A stretch of 64,000 nucleotides of DNA, from contig JAIVFI010000003.1 in the NCBI GenBank assembly GCA_025558095.1, forward strand, positions 930,001 through 994,000. The letters are read 5' to 3'. The notes under the pieces were generated by a model. The model made no database searches. It was not told the origin of the DNA and saw nothing but the letters and a program-made list of their open reading frames with translations. This document shows, piece by piece, positions 23,459 through 33,632 of the stretch. The stretch is from Hyaloraphidium curvatum SAG 235-1. Lineage: Eukaryota; Fungi; Monoblepharomycota. The translations under genes and the position numbers were made by a program. Positions within the stretch are counted from its first letter, which is position 1; each line of letters opens with the position of its first letter.

Positions 23459-25261
23459 CTACCCAGCGACTCCCTCCCCCGCCTCTCGCTTCTTGAAGTA
23501 CGCCTCCAACACCTCGACCTCCCCGCCCACCTCGCCCCCCATCCCCCTGGCAAACTCGAGCCACCTCCCCGCCTCCTCCCTTCTCCCCGCACCATCCAGC
23601 GCCAGCCACACCGTCGCCACCCTCCCCGCTTCGGGCGCCTCCCCGCCCTCCCACGCCCTCCTCAAATGCCCCCCCGCCCGCGCGGGGGAGCCGGCCATGA
23701 CCAGCGCCGACACCAGCGTGCCGCTCAGCCGCCTGGGGTCCTCCCCCGGTACGAGGTCCAGCGACACGATGCGGCGGTGGCATTCCGCCACGGCGGCGCC
23801 GGAGCGGGTGGCGACGGCCGCGGAGCGGAGGAGGAGGTGCGCGGCAAAGGGGAAGTCGGAGAGGTCGATGGGCATGTCGCGGCCGGCGTCGGCCGGAGCG
23901 GGCGGGGCAGCTTGGTCAGAGAATAAGGGCGGGTCGTCGGCGGGTTGGCCCATGGCGGGGGCAAAGGTGGGGTCGAAGACGAGGGAGGAAAAGACGTCCA
24001 GCACGCGGCGGGCGCGGAGCACGTCGGCCTCGCTCGGCGGCGGCGGGGGGGCGTCCATGGCGTCCTGCGGGGCAGGCGGGTCGCGCAGGCCCAGGAGGAG
24101 GGAGGCGACGGTGACCCCGTCGGGGAGCAGGAACCGGTCCCTCCGCATGGACGAGGCGACGCGCATGGCCTCGTCGTGCCGCCCGGCGAGGGAGAGGCCG
24201 GCGATCAGCGCGTTGCATGCGGCCAGGGCTGCCTCCTCGGTCGGTCCGGCCTCGTCGGCGGCCTTGGTCGCCAGGGCAAACTCGCCACGTCCGCAGAGCG
24301 CGTTGACCACGGCGCGCCACACGTCGGGCGAGAGCGGGCCGTGCTCCGCGATCGCAGGGTCGGGCACGGTCTTGTACTCTGTCGCCGCGCGTTGCACCAG
24401 ATCCAGCGCCGCCGCGGGATCCGTAATGGCGTGCAGGAGAACCTCGGATCGCGCGTCGTATGCCGACAGCCCGCCCTTGCCCGCCAGCGCGGCTCGGAGA
24501 AGCGGCACCGCGGCCAGCGCCTGCTCGACGGTGCGGTCCGTGCCCTCTGGCGCCGGCACGGCGGTTGTCGCCGCCCAAGCGACGGTGTTGATGAAGGCGC
24601 GCAGCACGGTGGGGTCCTGCTGCAGCGCCGGCTCGGCCCACAGGCCCGGGTGGTCCGGTTCCGCCTGCTCGGCGCCCTCGGCGGGCGCGGCCGGCACCGC
24701 GACCTCGGCCCACAGATCCGCGGCCACCGCCGGCTCGCCGACCTGCACCAGCCCCGACACCACGAGGCCAAAGACGGCGGGGTCGGCGCCGAGCCCGAAG
24801 CGCCGCGTCAGAAGCAGCAGCTCCGCGGCCTCGCCGAACTCGCCGTGCCGCGCCATCTCGACGATCAGCTTGCGGCGCGCCTCGACGAGCGAGGCGACGG
24901 GCGCGGCGCCGCCCTTGATCCCGGCCAGGAGGAGGGCGCGGGCGACGGCGGGCTGCGCGTCGAGCGCCTCCGAGAACCTGTCGAAGAAGGGCGAGCTGGC
25001 GGGCGCAGCGGGCGGCGTGGGGGCGGCCGTGGCGAGGCCGCGGAGCTGCAGGCGGGGATTCGGGGGGACCGTGGCCGCAGAAGGAGGCAGGGAGGGGGAG
25101 AGGGCGCAGAGGCCGGCGCGAGGCATGCGGCAGAGCTGAGGGGAAACACCAGCGGATCTGCCGGATCCGCCCCTCGAAACACGCGTCGCGGAAGCAAAGC
25201 ATTGCACTGCGAGCGTTTGGGCCCGGGAGGCCCGCCCGCAGGCGGCGTGGAGCGCGGACAT
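23459..25261 (-). CDS. Pentatricopeptide-repeat (PPR) protein, probably mitochondrial
   Basis: Arg/Ser/Ala-rich presequence. PPR-like units FGLVVSGLVQVGEPAVA, VWRAVVNALCGRGEFALA and ACNALIAGLSLAGRHDEAMRV..MRRDRFLLPDGVTVASLL. Confidence 0.8.
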   Translation of the reverse strand: MSALHAACGRASRAQTLAVQCFASATRVSRGGSGRSAGVSPQLCRMPRAGLCALSPSLPPSAATVPPNPRLQLRGLATAAPTPPAAPASSPFFDRFSEALDAQPAVARALLLAGIKGGAAPVASLVEARRKLIVEMARHGEFGEAAELLLLTRRFGLGADPAVFGLVVSGLVQVGEPAVAADLWAEVAVPAAPAEGAEQAEPDHPGLWAEPALQQDPTVLRAFINTVAWAATTAVPAPEGTDRTVEQALAAVPLLRAALAGKGGLSAYDARSEVLLHAITDPAAALDLVQRAATEYKTVPDPAIAEHGPLSPDVWRAVVNALCGRGEFALATKAADEAGPTEEAALAACNALIAGLSLAGRHDEAMRVASSMRRDRFLLPDGVTVASLLLGLRDPPAPQDAMDAPPPPPSEADVLRARRVLDVFSSLVFDPTFAPAMGQPADDPPLFSDQAAPPAPADAGRDMPIDLSDFPFAAHLLLRSAAVATRSGAAVAECHRRIVSLDLVPGEDPRRLSGTLVSALVMAGSPARAGGHLRRAWEGGEAPEAGRVATVWLALDGAGRREEAGRWLEFARGMGGEVGGEVEVLEAYFKKREAGEGVAG

Positions 25262-25432
25262 GTCGGTTGTTTGTGGCGCGATTCCTCGGCGTCACGTCAC
25301 GTCACCCCCCCTTTATCTGCGGCCCCGGTCGTCCGGTCGTTGTAACGGGTCTGACAGCCAACGACGAGTCGCGACTCTCCTGTCTACATAACGGTTGCCG
25401 AGGCATGCACACGTGGCAAAGCTGGGACCGAA

Positions 25433-26448
25433 TCATCGAGCCCGTTTCCCCGATCGGACGATCGCGCGGTCCCACGACTCCCCCTCGGCAATCTCGGCGG
25501 GCGACGTACTTTCCCAGTGTGAGAATCTTCTGATCTTGATCGTCAGCTGGGGTCGCGATTGCAGCAGCTCCGTGATCCGCGCGACGCCGTTCGCGACCGT
25601 GCGGGCGTTGAGCAGCAGCTCGTCGAGCTTCAGCTCGCAGAGATTCGGCGGCAGGCCTCGCTCGACAATGCAGCGCGAAGTCAGCCTGCCCAAGTCCAAT
25701 GATTCGACCGATGGCAGGCCGGCGATCGCGGCGAGCATGTCCTTGGCTTCGTCCTCGAGTGACGAGCGTCCAATCGTATCGCTGATGTCGAAGATCAAGC
25801 GGGGCCGGAAGGCGGGATCGGCACAAAGTCTGACGAACGACGTGATGTTCCAGATTTTACATTCGGTGATACGGGTAACGACTTCTGGGCCCAGGATGCC
25901 AGAGAAATCCACGTTTCTGGAGTCGCGGTAATACAGCGAAAGCTGCTCGAGCTTGGGACTCTTCGTGATGGTCGCCATCAGAAGACCGCTGGTCCTCGCA
26001 GCTTGCCCCGCCTTGAGCCTCAAGCGACGACGGGACGGCTGGGCGAGGTCCTCCCACCCCGCGCCGTCGACGCGGCCGACCCTGAACTCGCTCAAATCGA
26101 GGTCCCCCACGGTGCACGGCACGGCCAAGAGGACCGTCCGGACCTGTTCCACGCGCCAGAAGTGGAGCTCCACGGACAGCAGCCGCCGGGCTTTCCGGAA
26201 GAGCCGCAGCGCCCACTTCGGCCCGCCCGTGCCGGCATCGTACGCGAACGCGGCGCGGGTTACCTGGCCCAGGTCTTCACCCTGCGCGGCGCCTTGCGCC
26301 CGTCGAAGCGCGCGAAGGCGAGCGGCGCGAGGAGCTCGCAGGTCCCGCGGGAGGCGCGCGCGAACTCGAGCTGCCACCTTCGCGGGAGGAAGGTAGCGAT
26401 GTGGTAGAGGAGCTCGGGCAGCAGACGGGGAGCGGTGGGTGCCTCCAT
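25433..26448 (-). pseudogene. F-box/LRR-like protein with an apparent 1-nt frameshift near 26262
   Basis: The F-box LLPELLYHIATFL (ORF 26260..26448) stops at TAA. LRR-like sequence (LEQLSLY, LPSVESLDL, LCELKL) continues in another frame, and no convincing intron joins them. Confidence 0.6.
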
Positions 26449-26695
26449 TTCGAGCGATGATGTGGCGTTCTGGCGTGCGACACGTATAGCAGGATGCCAT
26501 CAGTCAAAAGCCTGGCCACCGCACCCCACGCTCCCCCTTTCGTAGGCCTTCAACCGAGTGATCCTTGAAAACACGGCGCAGGATCCTGGATCGGGCCGAT
26601 GCATCCTGCATCGGCACAGGGTGCGATGTGAGTCAGTGTTGGGGACGCCAAGCTCACTCGGTGTCCCAACCCGTCACGCACGTCGAACCATAGCC

Positions 26696-27346
26696 ATGCG
26701 CGCGCCGACCGCCGCGCTCATCATCGCCATCCTCGCGGCCGCCGCGGCGAGGTGTGCCCGCCGCGTCCGCGCCGCCGCGCCGCGCTCACCGACCTCCTCC
26801 GCAGCGCCGCCGCCGCGCCCGCCGGCACCGTCTTCAGGCGCGCGTGCGCCGACTGCCCCGAGTCCACGTACTGGTGAGCACGCGCACCGCACCCGCCACG
26901 CCCCCGCCGACCCCCCGCCCCGCAGCGAGTACGGCTTCCCCGGCACGCCCGACGGCGCCGTGGCGTGCACCGCCGCCGCCACCGGCGAAGCAAGGTCGCT
27001 CTACAGGCGCTACGAGACGCTCGAAGCAGACTGCCTCCTGCGCCCCGGCGCCGCGGGGCTGGTCTACCAGGCCGGCAGCTACTGCAGCGAGGTCACGGGC
27101 GCGGTGGGATCCTACGGGGGCAAGTACTACGAATGCAGCACCCCCGGCACCGTCCTCGCGACGTGGACGCTCCCGGCGTCCGGCGGGACCCCGGGGACCT
27201 GCCTGGCCGTCTCGTACATCACCCCCAGCGGCCCGCCGACTTACTTCAAGTACGGCGCCAACTGCAACACCATCGAAGACTACGGCGCGTCCTCGAGCTG
27301 CACGGGTTCCTACACGCTGAACACGCTGACGACTCCGTACCCTTGA
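26696..27346 (+). CDS. Small secreted cysteine-rich protein, carrier-cargo family member A
   Basis: Signal peptide; introns 26752-26804 and 26874-26925. The spliced protein reads RRACADCPESTYCEYGFPGTPDGAVAC..RSLYRRY, followed by a Cys/Gly/Tyr/Thr-rich domain. Confidence 0.8.
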   Translation: MRAPTAALIIAILAAAAARCARRVRAAAPRSPTSSAAPPPRPPAPSSGARAPTAPSPRTGEHAHRTRHAPADPPPRSEYGFPGTPDGAVACTAAATGEARSLYRRYETLEADCLLRPGAAGLVYQAGSYCSEVTGAVGSYGGKYYECSTPGTVLATWTLPASGGTPGTCLAVSYITPSGPPTYFKYGANCNTIEDYGASSSCTGSYTLNTLTTPYP

Positions 27347-27498
27347 GTCCTGGACAACCATGTACGACTGATCGTGTAGTGGCATTTTCAAGAGACGTCG
27401 TTGCTTGAATGGGTCGTCATAGCGCCTGTCCGGCCCGCACAACCTGTTTCCTCCCATCTCCATTCGCATCCGACCTTGATCCTCGCAGCCAAGCACCG

Positions 27499-28131
27499 TC
27501 AATCCGGTCCCCGATCCGCCCCCTCCCCCCCGTCCCTCCCCAACCACGCCGCGAACCCGCCCACCGTCGCCTCCATCCCCCTCGCCCCCTCCTCCCCGCC
27601 CTTCCTCCCGACCCCGAGGTCCTCCAGCTCCCACGGCTCGCCACCCCGCCAGAGGTACGCGGCCGGCAGCGCCTCGCACCCTAGGTCCGCCGCGACGCCC
27701 GGGTCGTCGCCGGCGTCCAGCTCGAACAGCTCGATGCGGAAGGGGCCGGCGCCGCGCGCGGTGAACGACGGGCGGAGGTGCGGGTGGACGGAGGCCAGCC
27801 GAGATTTCAGGGCGCGGCAGACGGAGCAGGTCTGCGAGGTGACCAGGACAACCGGGAGCGGCTCGACCGATGCGGCCGGGCCAGTCGTGTCCGACGCGTC
27901 CGGCGTCCCGCTGCCACCCACGTCCTCCGCAGAATCGCGATCATCGCGTCCCGCAGCGCGTTCCGGGGGTGCCAGCGCGTCGAGCACGGAGTAAAAGTCG
28001 TGAGAGGTGAGGACACGCCAGGGCGGTTTCGCGGCCGCGGAGAGGAGGCGCGGGCGGGGGGCCCGCGCGGAGAGCCGGTGCGGGGGAAGCAACGCGCGGG
28101 AGAGGCGGGAGAAGAGGAGGGTTCGGGCCAT
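27499..28131 (-). CDS. Thioredoxin-like protein (CSVC), probably mitochondrial
   Basis: Arg/Leu-rich presequence; VVLVTSQTCSVCRALK, LFELDA and cis-Pro motif GCEALPA. Confidence 0.75.
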   Translation of the reverse strand: MARTLLFSRLSRALLPPHRLSARAPRPRLLSAAAKPPWRVLTSHDFYSVLDALAPPERAAGRDDRDSAEDVGGSGTPDASDTTGPAASVEPLPVVLVTSQTCSVCRALKSRLASVHPHLRPSFTARGAGPFRIELFELDAGDDPGVAADLGCEALPAAYLWRGGEPWELEDLGVGRKGGEEGARGMEATVGGFAAWLGRDGGEGADRGPD

Positions 28132-28677
28132 GTTCGATCTCACGACGAGGAGCGTGAGTCTACCACTTGCATCACCCGCCGCCCTCCCGTCCGCCGTGCG
28201 TGCTCCCTGGCTGCGGCAACCATCCCGATCCCGAGTCGAGCCTCCGAGGAGCCTCCAGGAGAGCTGCCGCGAACGCGAAGCGTGATCCAATACTCCAATG
28301 TTGCGAAATAGATTCTGTGCCGCGCAAAATTCGCAGGTATGGAGAGCGTGTCCGCAGGCACCTGGTCAAACACATTGTCCGTGAACCGCTTTCAATCGAG
28401 ATCGTCCGCGGAGTGTGAGCCCTTCCTGCAGGTGGCGGCGTATGCATGCACTCTGGGACGAATCGAAGCACGGCAAGCGATGTCGGCGCTCACTCTGAGT
28501 CACTCCCGGCGATGGGGACGATGGGAGATTGTGATCCGCGAGCGGGGGATTCATGAGTAAGCGCTGTCGGCGCTCACTCTTGCGTCACTGCCAGCGATGG
28601 GATCCTTGGGGGATTCCCGGTCCCTCATCCCTTGGCGAAAGAGTCTTACCACCACCACCACAACACCTTCAGCAGCC

Positions 28678-29273
28678 ATGAAGTCCGCCGCGGTCCTGGC
28701 GCTCGCCGTCTGCGCGGTCCTCGCTACGCTTGCAAGGTGACCCCGCCGCGCCCCGCCGCAACGCGCCGCCGCCAACCCGTCCCGCTCGCCCACCTCAGCC
28801 CCGTCGCCGCCCGCCCCACGTCCACAGGCCACGTGCTCTTTGCCCGGTCGTGCGCCGATTGCGGCGAGGACACCTTCTGTGGGCGCACCCCTTGCCGCTT
28901 CCGCAGATGACGTCGTCGCTGACCCCCCAACTCCCCCCCAGGCGAATTCGCCTACCCCGGTGCCCCCGAAAACCAGGTCGCCTGCATCTCCAACGCCATG
29001 ACCCGCAAATCCCTGTACCGCCGCTACGGCTCCGCCATGACCAGCTGCGACGGCTACACCGCCAACGGCTCGTGCCAGAACATGATCACCAACGGCTTCG
29101 TGGACGCGGCCACGTGCGAGGCGCTCTGCGTCGCCGACGCGGACTGCAAGGCCTTCTCGCGCCGCGAGGACAACGGCCTCTGCGAGCGTTACTATTGGGT
29201 CGCGGCCAAGGTTCCCGAAACCAACGTGGTGTTCAAGGTCAAGGGCACCTGCCCGGGCGACACGTGCCCCTAA
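28678..29273 (+). CDS. Small secreted cysteine-rich protein, carrier-cargo family member B (PAN/apple-like C-terminus)
   Basis: Signal peptide; introns 28737-28798 and 28879-28941. The spliced protein reads ARSCADCGEDTFCEFAYPGAPENQVAC..KSLYRRY, then CEALCVADADCKAF..GLC. Confidence 0.8.
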
Positions 29274-29815
29274 GAATGGTGCGTCGTGCGGATCCGCGTG
29301 CCGCCGTGTGCTGATGGTTCCGTTGCGGATGGGGATGCAGCTTTCGGCGCGGAATCCTGCGGGGCGCAGCCTGAGGATGCAGTCCCGCCTTCCCTCCTGC
29401 CCTTTGTCTTCTTTGTACGACGTCTACTAGCCATTACTAAAACGTCTTCTTTCAATCCTGCATCGACAAGTCCTTGCCTTCAAATATGACGCTATGCTAC
29501 ATTTCATCAACCGACTCGGCTCTACCTCTTCAACTCTTCAATCCAGCCGTCGTACCCTGCAGGGAACGACATCGATTCACACTTCATTAAGTCGACCACA
29601 CCCGCACGGGAGTTTACGGGTCGAGCAGGGATGTTCGATGCGTCAGAGCAATCGATTGCTTGCCTTGCCCCAAGCCCCTTGCCCCCCCATCCGTCTCCCG
29701 CGGCGCCACAGGCCACATTGTCCGCTCCTCGAGCACAGCGTCGACCGCGACCCTAAAATCCGACCATCGTGTTGAGCGACGGTTCGGCCCCCGCAACCAG
29801 GGAATGCCCGTCGCC

Positions 29816-31347
29816 ATGGCCGATTACGACGTCGCCGTCGTCGGGCTCGGCCCCGTGGGCGCCCTCTTTGCCCTGCTGCTCCCTCCCTCGCTCCGGGTGC
29901 TCGCCGTCGACCGGGAGGAGATGCCGTTCGACAAGCCGCGCGCCATCGCGATGGACTCCGAGGCCATGAGGGCGCTTCAGCGCGTCGGGCTCGCGGACAT
30001 TCTCGAACCGATGCTCGGGTACTATCCTCCTTCGGAATTCAGGGACACGGAGGGCAATTTGCTCCGCAGGATCCGCCCCGCGCCGCCGCCCTACCCGCTG
30101 GCGTGGCCCAGCTACGGCACGTTTGTCCAGCCGGAGCTCGACGGCATGCTGCGCGAGGAGCTGGCCAAGCGGGCAAACATCGACCTCCGCGTCTCCACCG
30201 AGCTCGTCGCGCTCTCGCAGGACGACGACGCCGTCACGCTGTCGTTCAAGTCCGGGGAAACCGCGGCGGCGAAATACCTGATCGCCTGCGACGGGGGCGC
30301 CTCGACCGTCAGGAAGCTGCTCTCCCTCCCCTCCGAGGACCTCGCCTTCGACGAACCCTGGATCGTCGTCGACATGCTCCTCAAGGACGGCGCCACCGTG
30401 ACCCTGCCGCCCTGCAACACCCACTACTGCGACCCCGTCCGCCCCTACTCCTTCATCAACGGCCCGCGGAACCTCCGCCGGTTCGAGTTCTCGCTGCACC
30501 CGCACGAGAATTTGGCGGAGATGGCGACGGACGGGGCGGTGTGGGGGATGCTGAAGCCGCACCTGACGCCGGAGAACTCGACCATCTGGCGGATCGCGCC
30601 GTACAGGTTCCACGCCGTGGTGGTGGAGGAATGGCGCGCGGGACGCGTTTTTCTCGCGGGAGACTCGGCACACCAGTGGGTGCTTTCGGTCCCGATCGCC
30701 ACCGCCTCTTCTCACCCCACCGCGCCAGGACCCCGCCGTTCATGGGCCAGGGCATGAACCAGGGCATCCGCGACTCGGTCAACCTCGCCTGGAAGCTCGC
30801 CTACGTCCTCCAGGGCAGGGCCTCCCCTTCGTTCCTCGACACCTACAGGGAGGAGCGCCGCCCGAACGTGCGCTCCGTGATCGCGATCACAAAGGAGCTC
30901 GGCAAGGTGATCTGCGAGCGCGACCCGGCCAAGTGCGGGGAGCGGAACGCAAGGATGCGCGCGGAGGTGGATGCCGGGAAGGGGGACATCATCCGGCAGG
31001 ACCTGCTGCCGCCGCTCGCTTCGGGCTACCTCTTCCCGAGCCCGGGGGCGGGGACGCCGGGACCGCAGCCGTACGTCAAGGGGCACAGGAGGTTGGACGG
31101 GGTGCTGGGGCATGGGTACCAGCTGCTGCTGCGGGAGGCGCTCGAAGGGGTGCCGGAGAGCAAGCTGGAGATCGGGGTGGGGGTGCTGGGGGAGCTTGAG
31201 GAGGAGGGGACGGTGCTGAGGGATTGGTTCGACAGGTACGGCTGCGGGGCGGCGCTGGTGCGGCCGGATGGGATCGTGTTTGGGACGTCGGACGCGGCGG
31301 GGGTCGGGGCACTGATCAGGGCCGCGGAAGAGGGGCTGTGGGCGTGA
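29816..31347 (+). CDS. FAD-dependent aromatic monooxygenase, MhpA (3-hydroxyphenylpropionate hydroxylase)-like
   Basis: Motifs VVGLGPVG, PRAIAMDSE, VQPELD, IACDGGASTVRK, FLAGDSAHQ|TPPFMGQGMNQGIRD and ALVRPDGIVFG; one intron at 30676-30728. Confidence 0.92.
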
Positions 31348-31648
31348 AGTGGAGAAGGTACACCTGGAGGTCAAAACGGAGACTGGCGCCCACCAGGCGA
31401 ATAGACAGAGCGGCGAAACGATATGGCATGGCCAAGTATCGGTCTGAGTGCACCTCGCACTTGAGTGGAGCGAATAGATCAGTGCGGCGAAGTAAGGTCC
31501 CGGGCCCGTAGAGTGCTGCCGTCCGACAATATCGACGTTTTGAAAGCAGCGACAAGTTGCCGGCCGGGCTTTCGAAGCTGCGAGGGCAACTTAACAATTC
31601 GCTTTCAGAAGACTTACAAACGGACCTTAACCACATGTGAAGTACAAC

Positions 31649-33214
31649 TCAGTAATCCACCCCCGCCTCCAGCTTCTGCAGCCGTTCCACCGACTTGAAA
31701 AGGAGGCGCACGTGGCCGTCCTCTCCAGGCGTCAACGACGCAACCGCCGTCGTCCCCACCCACTTCTGCTTCCTCCCCCCCACTTCGGTCCAGAACTGGA
31801 CGTCGGTCGGGCCGGAGCCTTCCGCCCACGCCTGCGCCTCAGGAATAGCGGTACACTGGACGAGCGCCTGTAGCAGGGTGATGCCCCCGCTGTCAACAGC
31901 GTACACCCGCGAGGCAGACTTGCCCGATCTGCCGGCAACGAACTCAAACGTGCGCGGAACGGGACGGGCGGAGACCTTGGGCGCCGACGTCGGCTTGGGG
32001 GGGCGAGCGGCTGGTTTAGCAAGCTCCTTTGCCTTGGCGTGCTTTCCAGCAGATGGCTCGTCCCGGTGAGCGGCAGGGCCTGAGAAAGGCGCCGGAGGCG
32101 GCGGTGGAGGATGTGCGGGAGGCCAGGGGGGAGGCTGCGCGGGCTTGGCAGGGATGGCGGCCCTGCTGGCTTTGTCCTTGGAAGAACCCTGTTCGCGGTC
32201 CCCGGAGCACCTCTCCTTTATTGCCCGCTTCACGGCCCGCCTGAGCTGGTCGTTCTGGTCATCATCGTCGATGTAGTCCAGCACGGTTTTCCCCTCATTG
32301 TCCTTTGCGAGGATGTCGACGCGAGGATGCATAAGGCATTTGACAATACTGGCAGGTGGGAATTGACCGGAGTACTCATCATACTCGCATGCAAGCATGA
32401 AGGCCGTCGCGCCACCGCTGCCTCTGACATTGGGGTCCACCTTTGGGCAGGTGAGAAGAGCGTTCACTGTAGCCTTCCAGTCCTTCAGGAAGGTTTTGTC
32501 ATCTGGATCCCCCTCTCCCCAGGACGTGCTTGTACGCATGAGCGGGGTCATCTTATCGTCGTCTTGAGCATTGGGATCGACGCGTTCATCTTTGAGCAGC
32601 AGAGCGACAATGCTAGCACGGTGCTTGTAAGCGGCCCAATGGAGCGCCGTCAATCCCATGTAGCTCTTCCGACTGGGATCGGTTTCCTTGTGGCCAAGCA
32701 GCAGTTTGACGGCCTCCAGGTGGCCGACCGCGCAGGCCCATTCGAGGCACGTAAGGTTCAGACAGTCCGTCTCTCCCGGGTACAGCTTCCCGCCAAGCAG
32801 ATCAACATCCCCGATCTCCTCATTCACGACGTTGGGATCGAGCTCCGGGTTCGCAAGCAGCAGTGCCATCACCCGCGTGTCGTAATTGGCCTCATCATCA
32901 TCCTTCCGGACCCTGCAGGCCCATCCCAGCGGGGTCCGGTCGCAGCGCCACCCCCCAAAGGTCTCGTCCTCGCCGAGCTCCCGCGAGTTCACGTGTCCAA
33001 TGTCGTCACTGTGCCTCGAGTCGCTGTTCAATTCCCGGAGCAGGACCTTGACCACCTCGACCTTCCCATAGCGGCACGCGGCGGCGAGGGCACGCCATTC
33101 CTCCCTGTCCCCGCGGGGCGCCCAGACTAGCTTACGCTTGGCTAGCAGCCGGCGAACTTCCGTCACATCGCCGTCCTCGCAGGCGCGCACCAGACCTTCG
33201 ACTTCGTTGTCCAT
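31649..33214 (-). CDS. Ankyrin-repeat protein with Pro-rich linker and small C-terminal domain
   Basis: Repeats ALAAACRYGKVEVVKVLL, TPLGWAC, LEWACAVGHLEAVKLLL, GLTALHWAA, TPLMR, TAFMLAC and DNEGKTVLD; intronless. Confidence 0.9.
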   Translation of the reverse strand: MDNEVEGLVRACEDGDVTEVRRLLAKRKLVWAPRGDREEWRALAAACRYGKVEVVKVLLRELNSDSRHSDDIGHVNSRELGEDETFGGWRCDRTPLGWACRVRKDDDEANYDTRVMALLLANPELDPNVVNEEIGDVDLLGGKLYPGETDCLNLTCLEWACAVGHLEAVKLLLGHKETDPSRKSYMGLTALHWAAYKHRASIVALLLKDERVDPNAQDDDKMTPLMRTSTSWGEGDPDDKTFLKDWKATVNALLTCPKVDPNVRGSGGATAFMLACEYDEYSGQFPPASIVKCLMHPRVDILAKDNEGKTVLDYIDDDDQNDQLRRAVKRAIKERCSGDREQGSSKDKASRAAIPAKPAQPPPWPPAHPPPPPPAPFSGPAAHRDEPSAGKHAKAKELAKPAARPPKPTSAPKVSARPVPRTFEFVAGRSGKSASRVYAVDSGGITLLQALVQCTAIPEAQAWAEGSGPTDVQFWTEVGGRKQKWVGTTAVASLTPGEDGHVRLLFKSVERLQKLEAGVDY

Positions 33215-33632
33215 CTGTGAAGAGGTAACCTGGACTTGACGTAAGGCAGTGAGTCTAAGCGGTGTGGCGCCCTCGGGAAAAAATCGCTCCTACCGACCGC
33301 GATGAGGCTCTTCGGGAAGAGCAAACATCGAATACATGTCTCTAAGCTGGGAATAAATGACACGTCCATCTCGGAAGGAGTCCGACACCACCGTCGGACC
33401 CGGCGACCGAATTCACAACTCACGCGTTCAGGGAGAGCCTGTTCGCCCTGCACAGCGAGAAGGTGTCGAAAGAGGGCTGGGCAGCTGCCACAGTCACCCC
33501 ACGGCGCCAACCCGGGCCTCGTGAGCCACTGGCTCAGAAGGACACGAGGAGGACGACGCGACGCCTCAAGGCAATCTGTAAACAACGCGCCCGTCGCGTT
33601 CAACAAACCGCTCGCGTCTCGAGCAGGCCACA

